Virus record (IMG/VR): IMGVR_UViG_3300020420_000003
Coordinates: 1 to 56,086 of that record
Strand: one strand, 5' to 3'
Length of the DNA stretch: 56,086 nt
Source of the DNA: a virus
Lineage: Duplodnaviria > Caudoviricetes
Part shown: piece by piece, positions 45,553 to 55,796 of the stretch
How the letters are laid out: each line of letters starts with the position of its first letter
Numbering within the stretch: the stretch's first letter is position 1
Notes under the pieces: generated by a model
What the model was told of the DNA's origin: nothing
The model's input: the letters and a program-made list of their open reading frames with translations, nothing else
Databases searched by the model: none
Translations under genes and position numbers: made by a program

Positions 45553-45703
45553 CAACAACTCGTAACTCTGCTGGTTTGTTATCGGTCATTGTCCGTATTC
45601 TTTGTTCCATTTCTTTCATAGAAATACCTTTCTTATGCCACTCGTGCATTTTCTTTTTAATTCTATGGTATTTACCCCAGCGACCAGCCCAGATAGATGT
45701 CAT
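45545..45703 (-). CDS. Small hypothetical protein (52 aa, not in ORF track)
   Basis: ATGA overlap; GGAG RBS. Confidence 0.55.
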   Translation of the reverse strand: MTSIWAGRWGKYHRIKKKMHEWHKKGISMKEMEQRIRTMTDNKPAELRVVDD

Positions 45704-45834
45704 GCTTTTCTCCCGCGTTTGGTAGAACGCACAACTTTCTTAATTGTTTTCGCCTGACGAGCGTGTGTCTTGGATGCCTTGTTCAAATCTTTAATAACCT
45801 TGTTCAAGGTGCGTTTGGCTTTTCCGTTTTTCAT
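45700..45834 (-). CDS. Small basic protein (44 aa, not in ORF track)
   Basis: MKNGKAKRTLNKVIKDLNKASKTHARQAK; ATGA overlap with portal stop. Confidence 0.6.
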   Translation of the reverse strand: MKNGKAKRTLNKVIKDLNKASKTHARQAKTIKKVVRSTKRGRKA

Positions 45835-48314
45835 TTTTTGCCCATCTCTCTCATGACAGCAATGTCCTCTTGAGTTTCGATACGCTCTCTATTCACCGCT
45901 GCGCGGTCTTCCGCAATGTCTCTTGTAGTCTGTAAACGTTCTTGTGCCTGTTGTGCTTGTTGCGCGATTTTTGTCTGATCGAGCATAGCGTCAACTTGAT
46001 CTTTCTGTGATTTGCGTTGTTGATCTGCGGCAGCAATCTGTACTTCAGCCTGACGGATGCCCACTAGCGGATCTTGTGGGTCTTCAGGCATCAGAGCCGG
46101 GGCAAGGTCTACAGTTATCTCAGCTACTTTTGCAGAAATCATCGCCTGTATTTGTTCTTCGCCCATTTGTGGCGGTTGTATCATTTCAGGCGGCATACCA
46201 GCAGCTACTTGTTGTTGTACAAATTCTTGCATCTGTTGTTGCAACATCATCTGTACTTCTTCGGTAGCTTTCAACGATATACGTTCTTGGATATTGCCTA
46301 GTGTAAACGAAAACACCAGTGGGTTGTTTTTGATCAACGGCATTGCCATGAACTGTGTATGAGCTGCGATGTGAGCGTCGTGGTTTTGACCCGGGAACGC
46401 TTGAATAGGTTCGCCTTTCAGAAGTGCCGCGTGTTCTGCCGCAGGATCCATGGGTTGCGCCTGTGGTTCGGGTTTCAGTATCGCGTCGATGTTCTTGACT
46501 TCTAGAGCCTCGTACATCCGGCGATATGCCTCCCGAAGGTTGTGGACTTCAGGATTGCTTTGTGCAAGCTGAAGCTGCGTCTGGGCCAAGGACATGCGCT
46601 GTGCCATGGAAAAGATATTTGGATCGCTGATTGGGAGTACATCAATCCGGCTATCAAAATCCTGCGGCAGAATGTCGGCGGGTACACTTTGTGCGTATGG
46701 GTATGCGTCTATTGTGTCTGATATAATTTCAGCAAGTAAACGAAACTCTTTCTTCTGAGCGTAGTGCATCCGTTTGTGGATTGCACTCATCACCCGTGAG
46801 CCACGTTCCAACAACGCAACAGTCGTGCCTACAGGCATTTGTTGATTTACGTCTTGTATATTGGCATCAGCAATCGCAGCATAGCGACGACCTGCTTCCA
46901 CTAATACGCCAAGAAGTTGTGCCAACGTGTTCGACGGTTCTTTGTATGGAAGCGGTAAGAATGCACCGCGTACGTCTCCACCGGGTGCATCGATGTCACG
47001 AAACTCGCCGGGTTGTATAGGTTCGTCATCGTTTTTGATTCTAGTGCCACGAGATTTAAACCCAGCAGGTAGGTTCGACAGAGTACCCGCATCAATCAAC
47101 TGACGCAGTATAGATGTCGCTGCACGAGACAGACCACCAATCATGTGGACTAGACCGAAACCGTAGAAACCAAGACCCGGCAAGAACTTGTAATGCACAA
47201 AATACTGCATGGCCTTACGCAGCGGATCTTCTTCATCCCAGTTACGGACGATGGATAAGACTTCGCCGCTGTTTTTGTCTATCGAAATAATGTACGGCAG
47301 CTTCAGTCCTGTTTGTTCGCCTTGAATATCTGTGTCTTCAAAACCTTCGAGATCAAGATAAGTATGGCACTCATAAATCGTATACATGTCATCATCGCCA
47401 GTGGGACGAATGCCTTGTATCTCGTTTATCTTTTCTTTTACTTCGCCATCCTCACCGTCGTAATTACGCGATATATCAACGTCACGATAAACTGTAGCCA
47501 TCTGCATTTTGATAATGTCGTTTTCTGACATCTCTGTAACGTGGGTCACACGTTCAGCGGTCTGAAGGTCAGAAGCAGAATAGTTTACAACCAAGTCTTC
47601 CGCCGGAATAAACTTCGATATGGCTCGTTGACGAGACGGATCGAAATAAACTTTTTTAAATGTCGAACCAGACAGCGGCAGATAGAAAAGCATCTGATCC
47701 ATGTCAGGATCGTATTCTTCCATTATCTCTGTCACATAATAGTTCATGAAGTTTTTGACACGATTAGCTTGTGCCAAAGTTTCAGGAGACTCCATGCCAA
47801 CAACAGCAGTCCGAATCGGGCCACCCGCAGGTAGCATTTCTTTGTATGCCTGTGCTTGGAATTGTGTAACGGACTCAGAGATCAACGGATGTGTTACACC
47901 GCTTGCGCCAGCAAACGGCTCGTCACGCTCTTCGTAGTTGATACCTAACAGGTTCAACCCCTTGGCAAGCGCATCTTCCCACTCACCTCGAGAGTCTATG
48001 TCTTCTTCGATTTTTGACAGAATATCAGAGGATATTTCACCAAGAACAGAGTCGCTCAATATCTCAGCTAGGTTCGCCGTGTGGCTGTACTCTTCTGCGA
48101 GGACTTCTTCCCCTTCTTGAGTTGGATCAATGAGTTCGGCACTACCGTCCTCATTCATCTGAACAACCATTTCTTGCAGTGTTTCGTCTACAATACCCGG
48201 AGCTTGACCTTCTATTTCAACGAGAATGTCTTCTTCTGACGGGACAGCAGGTCCACCCGCACCCATAGCTGGGTCAACCATACCGCCTATATTTCTATCA
48301 CCTGTTTGGGACAT
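45831..48314 (-). CDS. Portal protein
   Basis: ANLAE...HPLISES..QFQA...GSTFKKVY...LRQLIDAGTLSNLP...PVGTT; Gln-rich barrel C-terminus. Confidence 0.9.
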   Translation of the reverse strand: MSQTGDRNIGGMVDPAMGAGGPAVPSEEDILVEIEGQAPGIVDETLQEMVVQMNEDGSAELIDPTQEGEEVLAEEYSHTANLAEILSDSVLGEISSDILSKIEEDIDSRGEWEDALAKGLNLLGINYEERDEPFAGASGVTHPLISESVTQFQAQAYKEMLPAGGPIRTAVVGMESPETLAQANRVKNFMNYYVTEIMEEYDPDMDQMLFYLPLSGSTFKKVYFDPSRQRAISKFIPAEDLVVNYSASDLQTAERVTHVTEMSENDIIKMQMATVYRDVDISRNYDGEDGEVKEKINEIQGIRPTGDDDMYTIYECHTYLDLEGFEDTDIQGEQTGLKLPYIISIDKNSGEVLSIVRNWDEEDPLRKAMQYFVHYKFLPGLGFYGFGLVHMIGGLSRAATSILRQLIDAGTLSNLPAGFKSRGTRIKNDDEPIQPGEFRDIDAPGGDVRGAFLPLPYKEPSNTLAQLLGVLVEAGRRYAAIADANIQDVNQQMPVGTTVALLERGSRVMSAIHKRMHYAQKKEFRLLAEIISDTIDAYPYAQSVPADILPQDFDSRIDVLPISDPNIFSMAQRMSLAQTQLQLAQSNPEVHNLREAYRRMYEALEVKNIDAILKPEPQAQPMDPAAEHAALLKGEPIQAFPGQNHDAHIAAHTQFMAMPLIKNNPLVFSFTLGNIQERISLKATEEVQMMLQQQMQEFVQQQVAAGMPPEMIQPPQMGEEQIQAMISAKVAEITVDLAPALMPEDPQDPLVGIRQAEVQIAAADQQRKSQKDQVDAMLDQTKIAQQAQQAQERLQTTRDIAEDRAAVNRERIETQEDIAVMREMGKK

Positions 48315-48320
48315 ATTTCC

Positions 48321-51300
48321 TTATAACACCACACTAGCCATTGCGCCAATCCCTTTATGGAGGTTGACTTCTCCACCTTTTGCGTAGCGAACGTAGGTTT
48401 CGCCGTCGAGATTATTCTTTTTGTAGATACGCATCGCGTCTTCACGCAAAATTTCTGCAAGTTCTTTAGGGTTAAATTGTTTTATATACTCATCAACAGA
48501 AGCAAAATTTTTATCGACAGCTTCTTTTGTGTACTTCTCTAATAAGGTGTTGTTTGCTTCAGCAAATGCCACGGCAAACTTGCGTCTAACGTCGTCCTTA
48601 ATCTCTAGAACAACGTCCTTGTTTTGATCGTTTTTAGATAAATTGCCGTTTTCTCTTGTTGCGGTGTTTTTTAAATCTTTTCTTACTTCAACAAAATCTG
48701 GGTTGTCTTCAATAAATTGTTTAATTGCATCATCTCGACCAGAATCTTGATACGCAAAACCTCCGGGATCACTTAGGGTTTTGCCCCGTGTCTGCATTGT
48801 TTTGTTGGCACTAGGTATTGTAATAAATTTCGGTACACCAAATGAAGGGTTGTCTGGACTCATTAAATCATCTGCTGACAGTTTTACTGATTGAGGAGTC
48901 ATGTGTTGCATCAAATACCCATCAAACTGATTTGCCAAATCACCCTGAACTACTTGCCTAATAGAGTCTTTCACAGATTCATACGGCAAGTCGTATATAG
49001 CGTTGTAGCTTCTATCAAGCTGATTCACCAATTCTTCTGAAAACTCAGGGTCTGCTGCCTCTGTCCTTTTTATAAGTTCGTTTTCCGAGTTTAGAAGTTT
49101 ACTTTGTTCTGCTTGTATTTCTGCAAGCGTTCGTTGTTCGTTAGGTAATTTTCCGTTAGCCTGAAAAGCTTCAGAAATCTTATCAGAATCTGTACCCAAC
49201 AACTGACGAAGTCTAAACTGTAATCTCTCGAATAGCTCACGTTGTCGTTCGAGTTCTTTCTGGTCCGCAAATGCGAAGGATCGGTTTTTGTCGGACGAGC
49301 TGCCTAATACCACTTGCCCACTACGATACGTTCTTACCTCAAAATCTGACGCAGGAATATCTAAAGTTCTTTCTGCTACCTGTGCTACTCCACGCAATGT
49401 GCTAAAATCTGCGTCTAAAAAAAGCGACAAGGTGTGGTCCTTGCCTCTTTCTAAATCGTAGAGTAGATCGAAGGATGGCATCCCCCCACCATCTGCTCGG
49501 TCTAAACCAGCAACCTCTGTGCCTCTATCAAGACCCTTTTCTAAATAAGCAAGAAACTCACTTGCTTTTGATAGTTTAAGACTGCTACCAACATTACTTC
49601 CACCATTTTCTAAATCTCTTATTTCTTCTCGAAGCCGACCTAGATCTCGGAGGTTTTCTTTATTGGCTTTAGCAAAATTTCTATCCACTTTAGACATGCT
49701 GGAAGCATAAGAAAAAAAGTCTCTAACTTTTTCGTTCAGCATCGTTGCTCGTTTATCCATGTGGGTTTTCTTAATATTGTCTAGATTTCTACGGCTGCTC
49801 CGAAGATTTTCTATTTCTTCGGCAACAGGACCATATTTCTCCGCCGTTTCAACAAACTGTCGGTCAACAATATTTTTGCTATAAAATCCTGTACTGCCTT
49901 CTAAAGTTTCAAGCTCGCTTGCAGCATTTGCATATTCCATTCCCGCTTCCGTCAAAGCATCGGTAAACCCGTTTTCAAAAGCCGCGTTCTTAAAACGATT
50001 TGTTTTTGTTGATTCGGTGTCGCCTATAATTCTGGAAATGGATTCTATTACATCTCGAGCAACTGCATCGTTTGGATTCTGCTCGTATTTCTTCCCATAC
50101 TCTGCGAGCCGTTCTCCAAATGTTGTGTACCCACCAAAATTTCCCTTGTCTCGTAAAGCTGCAAAAGATCCATTAATGTTAGATTCAAAAGCCTCTTGAC
50201 CTTCTTTGCTCTGTACATACTTGGCTATAAATTCTGGGTTGGACGGATCATATTCCGGCTTCTTAAAGAAAGTATGGAAGTTTTTCTCCCAAAACTTACG
50301 AGCGTCTACTTGATTGGTATAAGGATTGGTAGGAACACCCTGTCCCGGTTTACCCAGATCGTCGATAAAAGTATCCATCGCCAACATATCGGCAATTTTT
50401 TGCCCATCAGCTTGACCCTCAGTTGAGTAATACCTAAAGATAGTAGAAAAATTTTTTACAAAAGGATCATCACTATTAATGGCGGTCTTAATATTCCCCC
50501 CGCCAAATCGTTCAATAGCCGCGTCTCCAATTTCTGTGGCTTTGTTTTGGTTATCCACCAGTTTTGTTTTTAATCGAGATTTTTCTTTCAACACTCTTTG
50601 TGGATTTGCTTCTGATTTAAGTTTGCTCTGTTTGCTCATCCCATCGATTTGGAACTCATCAAAGCCTACGGTTAAGTGACCGTTATCAGAAGCAACGGAA
50701 GAGTTTTGCATTGTGTAAAGACCGCCGCGACTGTGGGCTATAATTTGAGTGTCTCTTTGATTAACACCATCAAACACACCCCTCGATTCAATTTCACCCG
50801 CCATGTCGGTGTAGTGACCATGACTTGTTGAAGCTCGCGTTTGTTCACCAAACTTTGTTTTTGTCTTTATATTTTTGTTATGAACGTGCAAATTAGCAAA
50901 TCGATGAAGAGGTAAACTGATCCCCGACTCTCCGTCAGCACCGAAAGACGGTGCAAAGGTGGGTGTTAAAGTAAAATCGCCATCATAGTTGTCTGCGTCC
51001 TTCGCAAAGTCTTCAGCATCTGTATATTTTAATTCCTGTAGATTTGCGTATTCTGGTTGTGAGTAACGAATTACAGCTCGTTTCGGACCGTATTCAGTCA
51101 ACCGTTGGACAAATTGATCGTATGTAATTGTTGCACCCTTGCCGTCTGCACCAATAAAGTTCGGGTCATCTAAACCACCCATCTCTTTAATTAGTGACCG
51201 AATGCCAGTACGATCTTCAGCTCCAGCCGATAGCTCTAATCTGTTAAGCAAAGCATCACCGGAAATATTCTGACCGGGCTTCTTCATCTTTACGACAGCA

Positions 51301-52388
51301 CGAGTTGCCGCATTGTTGTATCGAGTTAGATTCGGGGCTTGTTGGTAGGGAGAATTTGCGTTTTTATCTCCACCGTCAAAACCAAAAGAATCACTAACTT
51401 CTTCCGTCTCGCCTGAAAGGGTTGTTCCTCGGCCTTTTGTCACAGTTCCGACTTGATGGTCTGTACCCTCTGATGCAGCCGCAGCAATTTGTCGTGGAGT
51501 TTGCTCCGGTGTTTTTTCTTTCTTCTTCTTGTCTTTCTTTGGATAAAGCTCGTTCTTCTCTGCTATCAGTTTTTGCTGTAACGCTTTGTCGTTCCGGGCA
51601 GCACCAATAGCGGCGTTATATTGCGCCTCCGACATCGGTTTTACCGTCTTCGGTCTGTAAATTAGATATTTGTTAAGATCTGGTAGGGAATCATACGGCG
51701 TGTCATCCGTTGGTTCAAAACGGGTTTTGAAGCCAAGAGATTTGTAGAAGGACACTAGTGCTTCGTCATCCATGCCCCCTGTAATGTCATCTAATTGTTG
51801 TGGAAAGAGCGTTAAGTTTTTGCCTTGTTCTTCAGCTTGCTCAATTAAATCCTGCATTATGCCTTTGCCGTAACCCTTACGGAACTCGGTTGCAGTCAAC
51901 TCGTTTACCAAAAGCGTGTTCTCATCACCAAACGGATCAGCATCAAGCCTCACCGATGAGTCACCAAATTTTTCGTATTTAATAACATCGTTTACAATTC
52001 TTGCGCCTTTCAATCCTCGCGCAAAAAGACCGACAAGCGGTATAGCTCCAAGAGTCGTGAGCCCCGCACCGAGATAATCGCCTTCTTTAGCCTGTTCCAG
52101 AACAGAAGGTAAAAACTCGCCTTCGTTAAATGGATCAGGGTAATACCCAAACGCTTCGGCAATACCACCCGCATCTGTAAACAAACCAGCAAGTTTCGTG
52201 GTGCGTTCAGGATCTTCCGTTAGAAATCGAGCAAAGTTACCCACTCCTTGAGCCAAGGCTCCGGGTGCTTCTGAAAGATCTTCTTTAAATTGTTCGATGC
52301 CTTGCGCCCGCATCTGCTCCAGTTCTTCTGGAGACATTGCTGCAATCCGTCGTCTGGATTCTAAACGTCTACGGGCTGCTGTCATCAA
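48321..52388 (-). CDS. Large multidomain (polyvalent-type) protein with GNAT domain
   Basis: LGAIPLVG TG-like motif; FRKGYGKGIM...LVSFYKSLGF GNAT; C-terminal YAKGGEV. Confidence 0.7.
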   Translation of the reverse strand: MMTAARRRLESRRRIAAMSPEELEQMRAQGIEQFKEDLSEAPGALAQGVGNFARFLTEDPERTTKLAGLFTDAGGIAEAFGYYPDPFNEGEFLPSVLEQAKEGDYLGAGLTTLGAIPLVGLFARGLKGARIVNDVIKYEKFGDSSVRLDADPFGDENTLLVNELTATEFRKGYGKGIMQDLIEQAEEQGKNLTLFPQQLDDITGGMDDEALVSFYKSLGFKTRFEPTDDTPYDSLPDLNKYLIYRPKTVKPMSEAQYNAAIGAARNDKALQQKLIAEKNELYPKKDKKKKEKTPEQTPRQIAAAASEGTDHQVGTVTKGRGTTLSGETEEVSDSFGFDGGDKNANSPYQQAPNLTRYNNAATRAVVKMKKPGQNISGDALLNRLELSAGAEDRTGIRSLIKEMGGLDDPNFIGADGKGATITYDQFVQRLTEYGPKRAVIRYSQPEYANLQELKYTDAEDFAKDADNYDGDFTLTPTFAPSFGADGESGISLPLHRFANLHVHNKNIKTKTKFGEQTRASTSHGHYTDMAGEIESRGVFDGVNQRDTQIIAHSRGGLYTMQNSSVASDNGHLTVGFDEFQIDGMSKQSKLKSEANPQRVLKEKSRLKTKLVDNQNKATEIGDAAIERFGGGNIKTAINSDDPFVKNFSTIFRYYSTEGQADGQKIADMLAMDTFIDDLGKPGQGVPTNPYTNQVDARKFWEKNFHTFFKKPEYDPSNPEFIAKYVQSKEGQEAFESNINGSFAALRDKGNFGGYTTFGERLAEYGKKYEQNPNDAVARDVIESISRIIGDTESTKTNRFKNAAFENGFTDALTEAGMEYANAASELETLEGSTGFYSKNIVDRQFVETAEKYGPVAEEIENLRSSRRNLDNIKKTHMDKRATMLNEKVRDFFSYASSMSKVDRNFAKANKENLRDLGRLREEIRDLENGGSNVGSSLKLSKASEFLAYLEKGLDRGTEVAGLDRADGGGMPSFDLLYDLERGKDHTLSLFLDADFSTLRGVAQVAERTLDIPASDFEVRTYRSGQVVLGSSSDKNRSFAFADQKELERQRELFERLQFRLRQLLGTDSDKISEAFQANGKLPNEQRTLAEIQAEQSKLLNSENELIKRTEAADPEFSEELVNQLDRSYNAIYDLPYESVKDSIRQVVQGDLANQFDGYLMQHMTPQSVKLSADDLMSPDNPSFGVPKFITIPSANKTMQTRGKTLSDPGGFAYQDSGRDDAIKQFIEDNPDFVEVRKDLKNTATRENGNLSKNDQNKDVVLEIKDDVRRKFAVAFAEANNTLLEKYTKEAVDKNFASVDEYIKQFNPKELAEILREDAMRIYKKNNLDGETYVRYAKGGEVNLHKGIGAMASVVL

Positions 52389-52861
52389 AGTATCTCGTTA
52401 TATTTAAGAGTAACCAAAACAATTATGGTTAGTATCGCTACGCCAAAAACTATGCCCGCAATCAACTGTATAGTCTGAAACAGTTCTTTTTGTTTCCTCA
52501 GTTTTTCTTGTCTGGCCCGTCTTGCTGCTTCTTTTTCATCAGCAATACGCTTTGCACGTTCCCTGATGATAGTCTGCCATGTGCCATATCCAAAGCGATT
52601 ATTTACTAAGATCGCCATTTCGTCGAGTTGTTCCTGCGCCAATTTTGCGTCGATAACATCGTTTGCCGCGCTCTTATATTGCCCAATGGTGTTACCCTCA
52701 GAAAAACGTTTCTGATTAATTTGTTTTTGACCCGCAAAAAGTCCATCAATTGCCCCCGCTATCTGGCCTATGTCTTGTGCCGTAGAAATATTACTTTTAA
52801 TAAATTCCACGCTTTTTTGTACGAGGGCCATGCCAGCCAGCCCCGTGGAAAGTGGATCCAT
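52385..52861 (-). CDS. Conserved membrane-anchored coiled-coil protein
   Basis: MDPLS N-terminus, RFG.G.W, C-terminal TM. Confidence 0.7.
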   Translation of the reverse strand: MDPLSTGLAGMALVQKSVEFIKSNISTAQDIGQIAGAIDGLFAGQKQINQKRFSEGNTIGQYKSAANDVIDAKLAQEQLDEMAILVNNRFGYGTWQTIIRERAKRIADEKEAARRARQEKLRKQKELFQTIQLIAGIVFGVAILTIIVLVTLKYNEIL

Positions 52862-52873
52862 AAAGATGCTCCA

Positions 52874-54352
52874 TCAATAATACTCCCGTCTTCTGTACGG
52901 GACGTATACTTCGGGTTCATCCTCCTCGAGCGTTACAAGGTTCCCTTCTCTGAACCTTATCAACGCCATAGTCATACTATCACAAAAATCGTCGTGGTCG
53001 CCATTGGGAAATGACGCACATTCTTCGATAACTTCTTCTGCAAAACTTTTGTTGGGGGCCCACACTCTACCTGCCTCAAAGATAGGAGCCACCATGTGCA
53101 TACGAGTGGTCTTATCTATGCCGCCACCACGTTTTCGTCTACCCGGAGAATATGTAACCACCGGAATATTTATACGCATTAACTCATCCGCCAACGGCAA
53201 ACCAGATGCCTTACCCTCAATTAGAACCATGTCCGGTTCCCAATAGTCGTATTCCTCTAACGCTACTTCTTTGAGTTCTGGAAAATTGTATCGATCTTTC
53301 TTGGCATCCAACAGAATTAAATGTTCAGTGCCGTCCTCATGGGGATCGAACACGCCCCACGTTGTAATCGCTGTATAGTCAGCACTCTCTTTTTTAGAAA
53401 ACGCAGTATCGTATGACTGTAAGATATACTCGAGACGGGGAACATTTTCTTCTTCCCACGGCTGCCACCAATCTCTTTTTATCATGGCAACTTCTTCGGA
53501 CGTAGGATTTTGCTGCCACTGTGCGTTCCATTTGCTTGGAGACAGAGATGCTTTTACAGATAAAAGCTCGTCTTTCTCCCAAAATTCAGGCCACAATGGG
53601 TTCCCGGACGGCATAATTGCTGGAAATTCAACCACCTCCCACTGGTCAGACAAGGTATCTTTACCCTGATCCGCCAGTAACCTCCCCGTTAAATCCTTCT
53701 TTGACCACCGTGTCTGCACAATAATAATCGATCCCCCGGGCTGTAATCGCTGGCGGGGACCCGACGTATACCACTCATACGTCATGTCATACGCAGTAGA
53801 AGATAAAGCGTCCTGTTCCGAGTGCGGGTCATCAATAATCAGCAAATCTGCACCGCGACCTGTCATCGCCGCGCCAACACCAGCAGCAAAGTACTCGCCT
53901 TTTACGCTTGTTTCCCAACGTCCAGCAGCCTGACTGTCTTGTTTCAGATCCGTTTCGGGAAAAATTTCGGTGTAAACAGGATCGGCAATGAGGTCACGCA
54001 CTTTTCTACCAAAGCGGGTGGCTAGTTCCGTGTTCATTGTTGCCTGAATAATTTTGAGTCTAGGGTTTCTTCCAAGAAACCATGCGGGCATGAGATACGA
54101 AGCAAGCTCAGACTTAGAGTGACGAGGCGGCATGTTTATAATAAGCCGCTTCAGCTTTCCCTGTGCAACACGTTCTAATTTTTCTGCGATGATACGGTGG
54201 TGACGACCTTCAATAAAGTTGTCATACACATGATGAGCAAAACTCATAAAGTTGTTTTTGGCTTTGTCGCGGCGTTCAAGGTTCCTTAAAGTGTCCTCCA
54301 ACGCCAGTTTTTGTCGTAACACCTCGTCCGGTACAGCAGCATATTTGTCCAT
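52874..54352 (-). CDS. terL: Terminase large subunit
   Basis: NMPPRHSKS, GRGADLLIIDDP, QTRW, SYDTA, FPNGDHDDFCDS. Confidence 0.97.
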   Translation of the reverse strand: MDKYAAVPDEVLRQKLALEDTLRNLERRDKAKNNFMSFAHHVYDNFIEGRHHRIIAEKLERVAQGKLKRLIINMPPRHSKSELASYLMPAWFLGRNPRLKIIQATMNTELATRFGRKVRDLIADPVYTEIFPETDLKQDSQAAGRWETSVKGEYFAAGVGAAMTGRGADLLIIDDPHSEQDALSSTAYDMTYEWYTSGPRQRLQPGGSIIIVQTRWSKKDLTGRLLADQGKDTLSDQWEVVEFPAIMPSGNPLWPEFWEKDELLSVKASLSPSKWNAQWQQNPTSEEVAMIKRDWWQPWEEENVPRLEYILQSYDTAFSKKESADYTAITTWGVFDPHEDGTEHLILLDAKKDRYNFPELKEVALEEYDYWEPDMVLIEGKASGLPLADELMRINIPVVTYSPGRRKRGGGIDKTTRMHMVAPIFEAGRVWAPNKSFAEEVIEECASFPNGDHDDFCDSMTMALIRFREGNLVTLEEDEPEVYVPYRRREYY

Positions 54353-54359
54353 GGGCCGA

Positions 54360-54388
54360 ATGATATTATGTGCAAATGAATTTATCAA
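54360..54388 (-). promoter_or_regulatory. Promoter for terL, likely leaderless transcript
   Basis: TTGATA-17-TATCAT, then 7 nt to ATG (54352); no SD. Confidence 0.55.
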
Positions 54389-54566
54389 CCCAACATAGTA
54401 CTAACGTACTCGCTTCGCTCGTACTCTTTTTAGGGGGGACCCCTCGCCCAGAAGCAAGACGCAAAACGCTCGAGGCTACAAGTAACCCCGAGCGCGGGCG
54501 CGAAACGATTTGCATGAGTGTCGCGCCATGGACGGGCAGACTAGAGAACTGCCCGCCCGATTCTTG

Positions 54567-54812
54567 TTAGAAGGTTGTCGGCTTGTTCTTATTTTCCATG
54601 CAGAACAAACGTAACGTCCCGTCGTGCATCCGACGTTGATGGAGTTTCACTCCACGGATGCGACCCGCCGCAATGACAGTGTTTGATTTATAGACGTTCT
54701 CGTCTAGCACAAAGCTATCGCTTACATCCATATTAACCAGCGTGTCATATTGTGCGCGGCGCGCTGACTTGCCGGAACGTGGCATTGCCACACCTTTTTC
54801 GATTACAAACAT
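54567..54812 (-). CDS. Small putative DNA-binding early protein
   Basis: AGAGGAG RBS; IEKGV.MP...MDVSDSF...G.LR motif. Confidence 0.7.
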   Translation of the reverse strand: MFVIEKGVAMPRSGKSARRAQYDTLVNMDVSDSFVLDENVYKSNTVIAAGRIRGVKLHQRRMHDGTLRLFCMENKNKPTTF

Positions 54813-54901
54813 ATTTGATACTCCTCTAGTTTGTATTGGGGAAGCTGTTTCAATTGTCTCGACTATTTCCCCAAGATAGTCGGGAGGTGGTAGAACGCGG
54901 C

Positions 54902-55153
54902 TCACGCCGCGTCCTCAACTTTTACGCTTTTCTGGAAATATCCTTTGCGGGTGCATTCGGATATCCATCCCCATGTCAGCGTTACTCGCACATCGCCATC
55001 GGTGAGAGTGTCGGCCTCACCATCAGCAGGATTGGCGAACCATTCAGGTGCTTGCTCGAACAAGTATTGCTTGCACTCGCGTTCCTCTGTTTGAAGAATT
55101 TTGATTTGCGCCCGTAGCTCTTCGAGCCGTTGTGCTGTTTCTTGTATAGACAT
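54902..55153 (-). CDS. Early hypothetical protein
   Basis: AGAGGA RBS; downstream of promoter at 55224. Confidence 0.7.
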   Translation of the reverse strand: MSIQETAQRLEELRAQIKILQTEERECKQYLFEQAPEWFANPADGEADTLTDGDVRVTLTWGWISECTRKGYFQKSVKVEDAA

Positions 55154-55195
55154 TTTGTCTTCCTCTAGTAACCATGGCGTGATTGCCATGTGACT

Positions 55196-55297
55196 AATAT
55201 GGTCTTTCCTAATGGATAAGTCAATACCCAATGGGTAAAAAAAATAATTTTTTTTCGTGTCGGAAGTGTTGACATATCCATTGGAATAGTATCTAAT
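55196..55297. promoter_or_regulatory. Divergent early promoter pair with central palindromes
   Basis: Minus: TTGACT(55224)-17-CATATT; plus: TTGACA(55269)-TATCCATTGGAATAGT; between them TACCCAATGGGTA and an A/T tract. Confidence 0.8.
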
Positions 55298-55334
55298 CGA
55301 GATGTTTCATCCATTAACTAGAGAGGATATAGAT

Positions 55335-55796
55335 ATGGGAATGGACGTATACGGGTTGAACCCGAACTTAAAAAGCAAGCGGCCTGACATTGATTGGTCT
55401 GTCGCAACGAAAGAGGAGCAGAAAGAATATTTCGATACGCTCGACCAATGGCATTCTGACAATCGTGGCGCATACTTTCGCAACAACGTCTGGTGGTGGC
55501 ATCCGCTTTGGACGTATGTTTGTCATGTATGTGATGACATGCTGTCGGAAGAAACCAAAAATCTGGGTCACTCGAACGACGGGCATCAGATAGACAACGG
55601 AACAGCCGCCGACATTGCTGACCGACTCTTGCATGAAATAGAAACAGGCAAGACTGAAGCATACGCAACAGCGTATGAAGCGGAGCGCAGTCAGTTAGAT
55701 GATAAGGATTTTGACAAAAATTATCCTTTCAGCACAGACAACGTGAAAGAGTTTGAAATCTTTTGCCGCTTGTCTGGTGGCTTCGAGATTTGCTGA
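55335..55796 (+). CDS. Conserved early protein (MGMD...YFRNNVWWWHPLW...SGGFEIC)
   Basis: GAGG RBS; recurrent phage motif. Confidence 0.8.
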   Translation: MGMDVYGLNPNLKSKRPDIDWSVATKEEQKEYFDTLDQWHSDNRGAYFRNNVWWWHPLWTYVCHVCDDMLSEETKNLGHSNDGHQIDNGTAADIADRLLHEIETGKTEAYATAYEAERSQLDDKDFDKNYPFSTDNVKEFEIFCRLSGGFEIC

